The notes below the pieces were generated by a model, which made no database searches, had not been told where the DNA came from, and saw only the letters and a program-made list of their open reading frames with translations. From Takakia lepidozioides (lineage: Eukaryota; Plantae; Bryophyta), in the NCBI GenBank assembly GCA_030704615.1, contig CM060731.1:20088001-20152000 (forward strand): 64,000 nucleotides of DNA, in the 5' to 3' direction. Shown one piece after another: positions 51,779-64,000 of the stretch; within the stretch, counting starts at the first letter, position 1, and each line of letters begins with the position of its first letter. The position numbers and the translations under genes were made by a program.

Positions 51779-54333
51779 CCCTAATCAGTATCTAACTTAA
51801 CAAGCAAGTAGAGCACAGATGATCTGCTTCCAAACCTGCAGCCTGTTTTCATCCAATAGAGTTGAGTATGAGTTGTCTAATACACTCAGATGCAGGATTC
51901 TGATTTGCCATCAAAATCCTGGCCCAATAATGAGCTATTTACACCACACATAATCACCAGCGAAACCTATACGAAATCATTGGTGTATGGTCCAGGAAGT
52001 AATATCAGGGACTTGCCGAAGGTGATCTCAGTAGAATCGCCACAAGGTCCATGCGTAGCAGCCAAATTTCAGACTAGCTGCATCAGCCTACAGTCCTAGT
52101 ACCTAGTTATAGGAGGTTGACCTTCATCTGCATGCAAGAATTGGATCTTCCCCAATTCTACTTCTTTTTAGCATTATACGAAACACACTGTCATTCTCCT
52201 GATGGTTGAGTTGTCGTTATCTCTCCAATGTGGGGATTGGAAGTGGAGCATACATCTTGTGTCCCTTTATGTGTGCAGGAAAGAAGACAAGGCCTCCATA
52301 CTCAATCACCTGACTACATCGGCAGCAGCAACTCTTAGAAGTTTGTGAGATAGATTACCGCCGATTGCCCATCAAATAATGGAGAGCAACAACTGCCGCC
52401 CGGTGCTGAGCTTCTATTGACGTCCGAGTGGCTGTTTCCTTATACCACAAAATCACATCAGCCTCACTTCTCTTGGCATCAGGTAAAACCACGCGACTGT
52501 GAAATCCTCCCTCCATCTCCACCTGAAAAACATAGCATTCTCTGTAAGCATCAACAAGAGCACAAATTCGTATGATAAAGTCTGTTTACTAAGTAAAACT
52601 GCAACCTTGACAATATCAGGAGTACAAAGAGCTATAACTTGACATCCATGGGTTTGTGTGAAAAAATTTGAGTTGTTCACTGATTAGTAAACTTTATTCA
52701 ATGATAGTCTGTTTACTAAGAATAACTTCAATCCTGACAGAATCTTGCAAACTACTTACATCATCCCAGTTTCGCACTATGTTCTCAGCACAAATAAACT
52801 TTGAAGATGGCATAACACATCCTGACAATCCAACTAGAATGACAAGATCCGAGCCCCATCAACCCTAAACCCTAGTTGAGATTTATAACAGGTCCGAAAA
52901 TCATTGCCAACTAACATATACTTCTTATCACAGTACGAGCATGCACAAACAGTAAGACACATAAGTGATATTCTGTTATCCTACCATAGGGTGCAAACTC
53001 TTGCTGGACCAAATCAGGCTAAATGAATAAGTGACAGAAGTCCTCAACATGATATAGACCTTTCAGTGATGATAAGCACTAGCAATGTATAGAGTAAATT
53101 GGCATCTTCCTGTAAGCCCTTGAATCCACTGTGTATCCATGGGACTCTTCAGTCCGCCAAGCAACTTTCAGTCAGATCTACCGACACTCGACCAACTGGG
53201 TGCCTCACAGCAGATGGCCCACCCTTGCCTTTTAACCTTTCTGAAGATGGGAACATACCTCCACAGGTAGATTGGAAGCAACATAGAATGGGGGCACCCA
53301 GCCAACAAAGACCCCACAATCACTACAGATTCTCCAGCTAATGTTGAAATCCTACAGCAATTGATTCAAAGGAATAGTTTCATATGGCAGACGAGCTAGG
53401 ATCACCCACATGCTTGAATCTGGGGGTGGGCTTTTTGTTCTTTTGACACCATTCATGAAGAAGTGTCTTCGGCATCTTGATTGGATAGCCTGATTGATCA
53501 CACTGCGGTTGTGACCCCTGTGCATTTCCAGTTGCCAGCCCACCTGCAGTTGGGTCTGCGGCAGGAACATTGGAGTCTGCCAATGGGACCGGAGCTTCTT
53601 CAAGCTCCTCATCAGAATGCTTGTTCTTCAAGTGTTCTTTCAGTCGACCGTCCTGCTTAAATATTCTGTCACAGAATGGACATGGCAGAGGCTGCCACAC
53701 AAGATCACCCAGACCATGTTACAGACTAAGACATCGGAACACCTTCCCTACCTCCCAACTCAGACGGGAAGTACACTCTATCAGCTGCTTTGCAAACAAT
53801 CAAAGAAAGACTCCAGCATAGCACCCCTTTACTTGCAAGAATTAGCTGTTACACATAGCATAAGGGAAACCAGATGTGATGGTCAGAGAGGGTTTTCATC
53901 ACTGATCTTGGAATTGGAATTTCTGGGACACTTCCCAAACTGCTATGGGAGTTTAGTATTTCTCCAGAAAGTGAGAGCTTGGGTCATGCTCTAAACCTAA
54001 CCGTCACTTCGGAGAAAAACCGATCGAAGCACGACACGTCTGGGCTTCCAATCACTGAAATAGGCCCAACTTTCAGGATTGCATTGAGGGCTGAAACAGT
54101 TTTGAAGCCACAATCTATGTAATTCGTCCTCTTTACCTTGAAAATGAAGGGACATCAAGTGCAATTGAAAGATCACTCCTGAAGACGAACGAAATGTCAA
54201 AGAGTATGAAGGGGGAAATGAAATTTACCTGGCCAGAATTTTTGGCAGCAGTCGGGGCAGCCTTTCCGCCACATCCAGCAGCACCTGACTTGTACACATG
54301 CCTAACCGGCTTTGCCTTGCCGGAGGTGCTCAT
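42296..54333 (-). CDS. DExH-box RNA helicase, DHX57/YLR419W-like (C2H2 finger, dsRBD-like, UBA-like, RWD, helicase, HA2, OB)
   Basis: ATG at 54333. Exons include [114 protein letters not shown]. Stop at 42296. Confidence 0.93.
48830..50450 (-). mobile_element. Degenerate family-A-related LINE (RT plus C terminus) in a helicase intron
   Basis: [42 protein letters not shown], and [10 protein letters not shown] shared with the 58567-59291 copy. Many frameshifts. Confidence 0.88.
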
Positions 54334-55798
54334 GGCAAGTATGTGTTCGAAAATATGGACTCCCACAATTACACACACATCTCTCTCTCTCTCTCTAAGT
54401 AAGATGACCACGATAAGCCTAACTGGACGCTAAAATATTACTGAAGTCAAAGACTGGTGGCTCAACCACCTCCTATCACACGTTCTTCTTTCTGCCCCCA
54501 ATTCAATACTAATCCTTCCAGTGAAGCTCACAGAATCCAGATCACAACACCTTATGACTAAAATTTGTCTCCTACTCTCAATGAGCAGTATTTGAACACT
54601 GACTGCAGGAGCCCCTTAGACACATATAGGCCGTTAGATCCACATTGTAACGCATCCCAACCGCCCATAGGTGAAAGAAAGCCCTAAACAACGGTGTTGC
54701 TTCAACACCCAATGCTCCATGAATCAGTAGTATGCCACAACGATCTTTAGACACTGGACTGTTGCTACGACCGCACAAGATAGTGCCTAAGCCCCACAAA
54801 GCTGTAGACCTGATCTGCTCTTGTGTCGGATCCAAAGTGCACCCATGAGCGATTCCAGGTGTATATCCACAGGGACAACGTCTATCAGCATGCTGCAGCT
54901 GGAGAGCATGTGTCTACAGAGCGATGTCCAGCGAGAAGCAGGTAAATTTTACAGAAGGCAGCTGGAGGAAAGTGAGGCCCGATCAGCAAATAGTGGCGGG
55001 TCGAATTTCTTAACCGAGGCCGGTCTCGCAAGATCCGAATCCGAACCGTAGCTGAGCTGAAACCAAATCTGCGAAAGTGGGAAGTCATACGATATAAGGA
55101 GAGAGATGCTTGCGGTCGAGGTACTGCGTGGGGTGGGGGGGATGAGGTGTTCCGCAGGATCCCAACCGAAAACATGGTAGCTCAGCTGAATTTCCACTGA
55201 CCGGTGAAGGAAAGCATGGTGGCTGCTCGAACTTTAAAGGCTCAGCCTCTCCACCTCTGACAGTGCCTGTGCAAAGTCGGCACGAGATGATGCCAGATTT
55301 TAATGTTGCAAGGCCATTTTCGTCAAGTTTTGGGGAATGTCAGTACATGTTGCAGTTGTTGAACTGCAACTCGGTATAGACGCTTATATTTTTGGTTGAT
55401 TCCAGTGAGTAATGAGATCTACAGGTCATCGATCGTGACCTCCTAGTGCAAAGAATCCAAGCTCATTAGAGTTGTGGTCAAGCGTGGTATCTCACTGTAA
55501 CACATCTCAAACTGGATGGAGAGACAGTTGCCACCCACGTAATTCTAGTGGCAGTATTTCGAACTGCGCCTACGTAGACAATCTTTCATTTACGAACAGC
55601 TTGGAGATGGGGTGGCGCGATTTTGCAGACAATAATTCAACTCATGAGAACTTGGAGGCGGGTGGCTCAATTTCATGAGAACTCAGCGGCAGGATGGCGT
55701 GATTTTCGCTCAAATGAGAGAGGCGGAGAACGCTAGCATGGGGCTCGCAGTGAACCAGTGAGGGTGAGAAAACAACGAAAGATTAATCCTTCTCCTTC

Positions 55799-56954
55799 AT
55801 GACCGACTGGGAGGACGAGAAGACGTCCGACAGTAAAGGTTCCACTTTGTAGATCACAACTTACATAACGTATATAATTGCTCTCGCTCTGGATAGTCTT
55901 CAACTGCAGCACCTCTGGACTGTGATAAGAGACATTTTGGCAAACCATCCTTAATCTCTTCTTACTAGGAGTGGATGTTGAGGAACTCGAGGACGTTCCT
56001 TCCTCAAATGAAGGAGAGTATAACTGCTGCTTAATCTCAGCAAGTCATTGATTCACGTCTTTGCTTCATCAGAAGCAGACAACGGTAGTTTCTCGGATTA
56101 TACTCACATGGGCGAGTAGGCATCGTGTCTAGTTCGTAAGGTTGGACATCACCTTCACATAAGAAAGCATGACAAAGGACGCTTAGAAGGATTCAAAAAA
56201 TCAAGGCCAAGTTGCTATCAAAGGACAGTACTGTGCATGGGCAGAGTAGACATCCTCGGCAGGAGGAATGTTCTAACTGTTGCTTTGTACCCTTCAGTTT
56301 TGGCACAGATTTTTGGTTAAGTTCCCTTCTCACAAAAAATAGACTATGATACTTTAGAATGCTCTCTGAAAGATGCCAGAGTAAGTCTAACCTAAATTTA
56401 GAGTGCCATGTCCTTTTGTCAGAACTGCATACTAGGAATTAGGACCTCCCTCCAGGGGGCAGCTAGTACAAAAATTTGCATGTCTTAGTGCATTAAAAAG
56501 CTCAGATTGTAAGCTTCTCATTGCATTGTACATTGTTCCAATTTGATAAAAAAAATTGCAGTTTGTAGACCTTTAAACTTTAAAGTGTATGTATGGTCAT
56601 AGGCCACAGTAGCATAGGTCTTCCTTGATGCTTTGAGGTGCATGGTTCAATTGTAGTTACAAGCATGTGGGTGCAGCTTGGAAAATCTGTGAATGTCAAG
56701 CTTGGCCTTTGTACTGTACCGTCTCTAGCGACTGTCACATGGTCAAAAGGTTTTTCTTCGTCTCTGCTCTCTACAACAGTTCTGACCATATCTTGCAGAC
56801 AGAGAGCCTCAATGTGTACAAGAAGCATGTAAACTTAAGCAATGCTCGAGATATTGTAGTGGAAGGGAAAGACAAACTTGTGAGTGCCCGAAGAAAGCAG
56901 CTTCGCAGCTGTCTCTCAGGCCAAAGGACGTTTAGTTGGCTTCTCGGCACATAG
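55799..56954 (+). other. Candidate small spliced orphan gene
   Basis: ATG 55799 MTDWEDEKTSDSK, GT..AG intron 55839-55968, then GVDVEELEDVPSSNEGE. A further CAG-preceded open segment at ~56799-56954. Confidence 0.3.
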
Positions 56955-57445
56955 ATCTGCAGTGTTGCGAGAGAAGACTATACAAATTGGGTGACCCTTT
57001 TCGGTCATGGTGTTTGCTGCTAGACCCATGTGTTTGAAGCTGTGGAAGCGGGCTTGCGGGCAACAGTTTCGCCCAGTTTAGAGGGGGAGGAGAGAAGGAG
57101 AGGGATAGATTAGTGTGATTTTTAGTCTATGTACGTCTGACTCTGCTGTTACTGTCTTAGTACATTGAAATTTGGAGTCTCAGCTTTCAGTGTCACATAC
57201 ACAAGCTTTAATGCCTCTCCGTTGACAATGATGTTCTTCTGAGGTACTATGGATTCGGAACAAGTCGCCTGAAGCGGGTAAGAATTGCTGTCATATTTGT
57301 TGGATTGAGGTCAACCCCTCGCCGTTCGGTGGTTGTTTTGTTGTGTGTGGGAGACAAGAGAGAAAGACTATGGACATACGGTGCTTCAGAGTCCTGACTG
57401 TGGGTTTCACGTCTAACACGATCTCCCCTGTCCAGTTCAGTTGTG

Positions 57446-57448
<3 letters not shown>

Positions 57449-57478
<30 letters not shown>
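57449..57478. repeat. (GA)n microsatellite; other (CT)/(GA) tracts at 15777-15804, 51748-51773, 54380-54396, 59296-59315
   Basis: Read directly from the sequence. Confidence 0.95.
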
Positions 57479-57482
<4 letters not shown>

Positions 57483-57647
57483 CTTTTACCAAATCGGATC
57501 TATGCATGATCACGAACTAACCCTAGTAAGATCAAAGTCTACAGAGCGGAATTGGATTCTGGCAGTATAATCACATTTGTACCACTTGTTCCTTGATTAT
57601 GCTAGCTGGTTAGCAAAACAGCCCGGTGAGGCATTCAATTAGCCAGC

Positions 57648-60600
57648 ATGGCCGACGAGGTCGAGGAGGAATTAGAGGCAGTTCAGACAGTATATGAAGG
57701 AGACTGTAGGATACTCCAGCGCTTCCCCCTGCATCTGACTGTGTCTTTGAAGCCCCGCACTGCTGAAGAACTTTCTCTCCAGGTTTGAGAGCTGCTTACT
57801 TCAAGTTACCCGAAGTTGATGCTTTTCCTATTCTACTCTTTTTTTTCTAAAATAGATATCACCACAGAAGTTCTAGCTGATGGGCTCTATACAATATGCT
57901 TGATGCTTCATAGTTGAACAGGGACTGTTTAGAGGGATTACTTGGGGATTTCTTTCTTACTTGCACATTGGGAATTTACACAGCAAATGGGGTAGTTACA
58001 CATACTCTATCATTATCCTCATTTTCGACAAGGCTGTGGAAGTCTCTAAGAGTTTGTACTGCTGGAGACTTGCTTCTCCCTAGGCTGTATCTGTCACTGT
58101 GAACAAGCCCTCGAAGCTAATGTGTGTTTGTTCGAAATGCAGTTTGTCGAGGCTGTGCTGGTTATCAAAGCCGGGGAGAAGGTAGCCTTCTCTTTAATTG
58201 TTCCTAATACCTGGTTTGCAAATCTTTCAATCTTATCTTCATTCTTTTAATGTGACAATGTATTGCCCAGTGGCAGGTGTGTTGCTAGCTATGCAGGTAT
58301 GAGAGTGCACAAGTAGTAGCTCCTTGAACAATGGGGCCTTTGGGTCTTGCCTAGGCCTCTTGGCCCTTTGATTTTGTGGAATCGAGATGTGGGATATGTT
58401 CTTAATGCAGGCATTGATGAATGGGGTTGTTCATGAAGGTGCAACATGTCCAAAGCTGAATGTTTTCTAGGAATTGTCAAGTGTATATCCTGGACTTCCT
58501 TCTCTGAGAGAGAATGTACTCATAAGACGTTGTTTGCCGTAGCCTTGTGGACATTGACCTGTGAGATTGTACTCATAAGACGTTGTTTGCCGTAGCCTTG
58601 TGGCCATTGACCCCGCGCCCAGTTTGAGCGGGAACAAAAGGGACAGAACCTACCTCTGTCAGGGGCTGACGTTGGTAGTGTGACTTACCATCATATATAG
58701 AATTAATCCGGGTTTTCCAGATATCCTCTAGAAATCCCTTCACACAAGCATCAATCTGCTGTGTGTGATTTGCCCAAAAACTAGGCCTCAGGAGGGCCTG
58801 GGCTTTTGGCTCAGCCACGAGACTTTCAAAGTTGTTAAACAGGGGTACAGGCACAATTCCCTTGATAGAATTGAAGAGAGCGTCTCTTTGGTGAGAGAAC
58901 CCCGGACAGTGTATCAGAAAGTGAATACTGTCTTCTGATTGCCCACACAGCGGGCAATTGCACTCTCCCTTTCCTCTCTGCTTCTGTTTGCTGTTCAAAG
59001 GTAGGCTTCCTGCCCTGAGTTTAAATTTCAGTCTAGTGCCGAGAGTGGGTAGACCCTTGAGGTCATCCAAGATGTCCTCCCCCATGTCACTGACTGGAAA
59101 CAAGTTCAGGGAAGTTTTCTGCCTAACTTCATTTTCATCAGACAATCTCATGGCAACAGACATGGCTGAGGACACTACAGCCTCTAAGTCAGATTTATCC
59201 AGCAGGGTCAAGACTTGCGGATCCAGGTCCAGGTCCTTGAGAATCTCTTCTACTCTCTTCTGCCAGGACTTAGCCTGTTTGACAGGGCGGTCCTGTGAGA
59301 GAGAGAGAGAGAGAGCACATGACTTAAGATAATGTATCGAATACACTTGAGCTCGAGCTGCTGTATCCTTGCTGGGACAGGCCTCAGGCCCAGTTCAGGT
59401 GGAGCTGAAAAAGGCGGGTAGTCTGCCCAGCTGGTTAACTGCCTGTGCAGCCTACTGAGTTGAGTTTAAGCATACTAGCTGTGCCTGGGTAAACCGCTTA
59501 GGTGATCCTTCATCCCTCCAGGGCTCTGAAGAAAGTCTGATAAGACTTGGAGCTTGTTCATTTCTAGTAACATGTGTTCTGTGGTTGTTCAAATCACTAA
59601 TGTGGACCTGAATCTGCTCACTCACTGTTGTAGGAGGATCAAGCTTTGGAGATACTCAAGGACTTGCAAAATATTATCTACTTTCTTCTGCCTGGACTTG
59701 GCTCATTTGACAAGTTGCTTTAATAAATAAAATGGAAGGTTGGAGAATTATTTTGGTTTCTAGGCCCCGACCTACTGTTGTCACAGAGAGAGGCATGAAC
59801 AGTTACAAGACTTGCGAAAGTTATGATGCCTTGACAGTGATGTCTCAAACCATGCAGTATCCAGCAGTGGCGCCGGAATTGGAGTTGCGGGATACGAAAG
59901 GTCTGGATGAGAAGAGGCAGGCTAAGCTCTTGTCAGATCTGGATGCACATGTCAAGGAGCTTTCTGGGGGTCCCATGCTTTTGGTCATATGCGAGGTATA
60001 TCTTTGGTTCCTTAATACTCTGTGCGTTGATAAAATCAGTTTACATGGATGAGTTGCATGTCGACTGTATGCTTCAAACTGGAAGAGGCAAGAGTGTGAC
60101 ACTCTGATTGCTGACGTAGTGTGTGAGACACTAACAGACATAGAGGTAGAGAAAAGCAGGAAATGATGGCGATAGTATAGTGATGGTGGCAATGATGGTG
60201 GCATTAGAGTTTTGCAGCAAAGACATGGCTGATCTAGGATATTTTTTAAGGTGGAAATAAACTACTTCCAGTCATGTAAAGTAAGTCTCTGTCAGTAAGT
60301 ACTCTTACCTGTAGCTATAATGTGGGTGACTGACAGGCAGTGAAGGACCTCCTGACAAGCATGAATGTGCCTGATGGAGACTGCTGCTTTTGCATGTCAC
60401 CGCTGGTCATGCCGGACCTACAAATGGGGTCCCGACCCTTCATGAAACTCATGTCATGCTTCCACTGTTTCCACAGGTTAGTGGTCTTTTACATCTGGAG
60501 ACCTCCTCCCTTCTTGGGGGCCTCTGTGTCACTCTCTCTTGAGACAACATGATAGCAATCCTCTATTACACACGTCTCACTGTGTTCATTGAATGCTACT

Positions 60601-62049
60601 TCCTACTGATAGTGGCAAAAGTGTTGCGAGAGTGCAGACTTCGACTTGGTGATGTGTGGAGTGTTACTGTCCAGTGATTGCTTTGGAAGGTGGTGGAGAT
60701 GGCTGCACCTTTCGCAATCAGCAGGTCCACCTGCCTCCAGGTTCACCTCAGACACCCAGAGTTGTTTTTCTCTGCTGTGTGATGTAGCTCAGAGTGGGTG
60801 AAAGATTGAGTGCACGTTTTTCCAATTTGCGTTATTTTCAGTTGTGAAATTGAAGACGTTAGCCTCTGCACTTGTATGAGACCTGTGTAATGGGCTGCAC
60901 AGTGTGGGAAGGGAGGCGGAGAAGATAGGGGAGTTGCCTGTGGTGCAATGCCCGGTGTGTCGCATGGTGGTTCAGACCCAAGATGTCGCTCATGTTCTTG
61001 AGTTTTTGACAGCGGACATATCTTCTGCACTGGTATTACATACATCCTACCTGGGTGCCCGTACTTTGTCCCCACTCCTTTTTAGCCAAAAGAATACATG
61101 CTCAATTTGGTGTAGTCATAGCACAATTGTTTGACGTATTACCAGATTTCCCATTTCTCACTGGATGCCTTGCAAAGTGAAGATTGTACTCATAAGACGT
61201 TGTTTGCCGTAGCCTTGTGGCCATTGACCCCGCGCCCAGTTTGAGCGGGAACAAAAGGGACAGAACCTACCTCTGTCAGGGGCTGACGTTGGTAGTAAGA
61301 CTTACCTCCATATAAAGAATTAATCCGGGTTTTCCAGATATCCTCTAGAAATCCCTTCACACAAGCATTCCAAGATGTCCTCCCCCATGTCACAGACTGG
61401 AAACAAGTTCAGGGAAGTTGCAAAGTGAAGAGAGCGTGTGTGACAACCAAGTACTTGTGGGTGGGTTCGGATCTTACCTGGAAGTAGCTACAAATGGGGA
61501 CTATGTTCTTCTCACCCCTGAATGCTGGGGTTGCTATCGATATGGAGATATTACCCGCTCAGCTCATAGTTGGCCACACAAGCTCCTGGAGTCAAATCAG
61601 TTGGACTTTCTCTAAGATGTAAGAGCAGTGACAGAAGACTGTTTGTGAGTCTTATGACCCGTCTCTTTTGTTGTTCTCAGGGTGAGTCAGAGAATTCCAC
61701 GGAGGTCCCTTCGCATCTGATAAATGATGAAGAAATGGCACGCAGGTCAAGATTTGCTACTGAGTTTGAAGTGCAGAAAGCTCGTGGAGGTATAATTGAG
61801 CCCAAGAAATTGGAGGTGATAATGCCAGGCATGGTTTTACCCACAACCCCACACTCTCATCCTGAATCCTCCTCCATTCCCGACACAGTCACTGGAGAAC
61901 AGCCACCCCCAACCTCAGCCAGTGAGGCTTCAACTGCTGTATTTTGTACCTTAGGGGGGAGACGGAGGGGTCACTATGGTCGAAATTCTCGGGAAATCTA
62001 CAGAAGGAATGAGATTGTGGATAAGAGTGGGGAGAGTGGGCCAGTTTAA
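57648..62049 (+). CDS. RNF25: RWD-RING E3 ubiquitin ligase, RNF25-like; exons ~57648-57782, 58143-58181, 59858-59995, 60337-60476, 60675-60724, 60903-61032, 61681-62049
   Basis: MADEVEEELEAVQTVYEGDC, YPAVAP, GDCCFCMSPL, MKLMSCFHCFH, DCFGRWW, CPVCR, FEVQKARGGIIEPK. Confidence 0.9.
58513..59291 (-). mobile_element. Two nested 5'-truncated family-A LINE copies (58567-59291 and 58513-58557) in a (CT)n tract
   Basis: Open C-terminal ORF with LKFKLRAG..CPLC..EDSIHFLIHC ending HKATANNVL*. Direct repeat CCTGTGAGA at 58558-58566 and 59292-59300. Confidence 0.92.
61184..61417 (-). mobile_element. Internally deleted family-A LINE copy
   Basis: Near-identical to 58567-58750 joined to 59066-59114. 14-bp TSD TTGCAAAGTGAAGA at 61170-61183 and 61418-61431. 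Confidence 0.93.
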
Positions 62050-62689
62050 TTTGACAGAAGTGGAGATCCACTATCAGGTGCAAGTATTCAGCTCGGCTTC
62101 AAAATTTGTTGGAGACATGCAGCAGGGTGCTGGCCATGGTGGGAGCAGAGGTGGCAGTCGCTGTGGAGAGTGTGCTCTGGAAGCATGCTCCTATGTCATT
62201 TTAGACTATTTAAGAATATGTAGTCGCACTCCAGCAAGAAAAGGACCGGAATCTTAAAGCTCTAAAACCTCTCCGGAAATTGTGAGATTATCCAGGATGG
62301 TATGTTTCATACAAGCAAATCACTTGAAACTTGCTAAGAAACATCACAAGTGCAAACTGGTCAATTTCAGGTTGGGTTTTGGTCAATACATCTTGGTTGG
62401 GATATTAAAGATTGGTAGTATCAGTGTGAAGGTACCTACCATGAAGTATCCACACCTTGTAGGAAATATGTAAATACAAAGATAGAAATTTCACTACATT
62501 AGGGATGGGACACTGTCAAATATATGTGTGCATGGTTAGATGGATGTGTAGGTCCAAGTACACCTTACTAAACCATGCTACTTCCATCCTCCAAGCTTTG
62601 TATCAACACAGCAAATTCCGTGCAAATGGGCAAAATTGCAATCCACCAAAGAACCTCTTCAATAGAAATGAACACTTGTAACAGCAGAA

Positions 62690-63852
62690 CTACTCCTCAT
62701 CTACAAATACAGTATCTTGTTTGAAGAAACTTCCAAAGAATTTTCTGGCTGGTGTTTCGACGGGTTCTACCTCTCTGGCTGTTTCTTGTTCTGACCTCCA
62801 TCTGCTTTTTCGTGGTAAGGCTGGCTTCTCTCCCTTAGTGGGCCGAGCATTAATTTTCTCTTCAAACTTGGGGACAAAGGATGAAAGACTACGCCCTCCC
62901 AAAGCAAGTGAGTTGAAGCCTAGCTCCTTTGCTTTAGTTGCCAGGCCATCTACTGAGGCGGCGGCAGCTTCAGCCCTAGCCTGTGCCTTTGCTGCAAGAG
63001 CAGCAGCCCTGGATTCCTCAGCTGCCAGTCTCCTTGCTTCTGCTTCTAATTGAGCTGCCAACTCTGATGCTCTCCGAGCCTCCTGAGCTGCAGCACGAGC
63101 CTCAGCTTCAGCTTGTGACCGGGCTTCTCTTTCTCTCTCTTCTGCTTCAGCCTCAGCCCGCTCCTGTTCCAGAATTGCTCTCCTTCCGTCCACAGGTATG
63201 GCACTGTGAAACAGATGGAAGATATTTAGGAACCAAAAACATCCACGTTTGAGCATACTTGATACTTATACAATGATGCAACTTCAACACAAACCACTAT
63301 TGATGAGGCTTCCATGCACAACTCATTCCCAATCCGAGAACGACGACCAACAAACCTTAACAACTCTTCAATTGGCCTTGGACTTGCATAAGGATCTGCT
63401 GTCACTTCAACAACCTGCATATTATAGAAGCAAGCACAGCAATATGAGCTCTTATATCAAGCATACGTCTGCTTCATGCAAGATGTGAGCCCTTCTGACA
63501 CAAAATCTAGACATCAAACTGCAGTCTACATCATACAGCCAGAATGTTGATTCCCTTGCCAGTGGTCTAGTTTAACGAAGCAAACAAAGCAATTGATTTA
63601 AGAATCCCGCTTCATGCCGCGTGAGATTTGTCTGTTCTAAGCCATGACTGTTGCTGAACTCAAGACATGACATACTGTTGCGACTTCAGAAATTTAGCCT
63701 TGTGACATTGCTCCAGACTACCTGAGAAACACTTTGTAGTTTACTGATAGACTAAAGTGTGAGAATCCAGAAACAAATCACACCTTATTTTCAGAATTGG
63801 AGGTATTTGAGAGCACACTTGCCACAACCGAAGCTACTTGAATTTTTGAGAC
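62690..63852 (-). CDS. PTAC16: 3' exons of PLASTID TRANSCRIPTIONALLY ACTIVE 16-like protein (63852-63784, 63414-63356, 63203-62690); gene continues beyond the window
   Basis: VSKIQVASVVASVLSNTSNSENK-VVEVTADP..IEELLS-AIPVDGRR, a coiled coil, and the C terminus FFGSFFKQDTVFVDEE*. Confidence 0.85.
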
Positions 63853-64000
63853 CTGTGCCATAGACCATTAAGTCGAGAAGTTAGAGATAAGCTAAACAAC
63901 TAGTCTTCTCAGACCTTGCCACATGAAAAGGCTTCATAACAATACCAACATGCACATGTAGACCATAAGTCCTTGAAGCAGCGGCACATTGCAATCAAAC

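Noticed and set aside
52861-52874. AACCCTAAACCCTA telomere-like repeat
   Set aside because: Only two units inside an intron; not an interstitial telomere.

Overview
Gene-dense nuclear DNA from a land plant, with short GT-AG introns. A flavodiiron-protein fragment points to a non-angiosperm; a compact bryophyte such as a hornwort is my inference, not something the sequence proves. Host genes in order: 3' end of a conserved unknown gene, an SDR lacking recognisable 5' exons, a LEA gene, cytosolic glycerol-3-phosphate dehydrogenase, an intronless GDSL lipase, a plastid SOUL heme-binding protein, an intronless FAX-type fatty-acid exporter, a DHX57-like DExH helicase with an N-terminal C2H2 finger, an RNF25-like RWD-RING ligase and the 3' end of pTAC16. 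Three mobile-DNA observations stand out. (1) A ~7-kb DNA transposon (14744-21725) with ~360-390-bp TIRs and a decayed IS3EU-like DDE transposase carries captured host-gene fragments (flavodiiron protein, aldo-keto reductase) and is nested in an older foldback element. (2) An RTE/RTEX-like LINE family has no poly(A) tail and repeatedly inserts at TCT/(CT)n sites with TSDs. (3) A TSD-flanked Myosin_TH1 retrocopy is fused to a retroelement 3' end. Family assignments come from my recognition of motifs; no database search was run.
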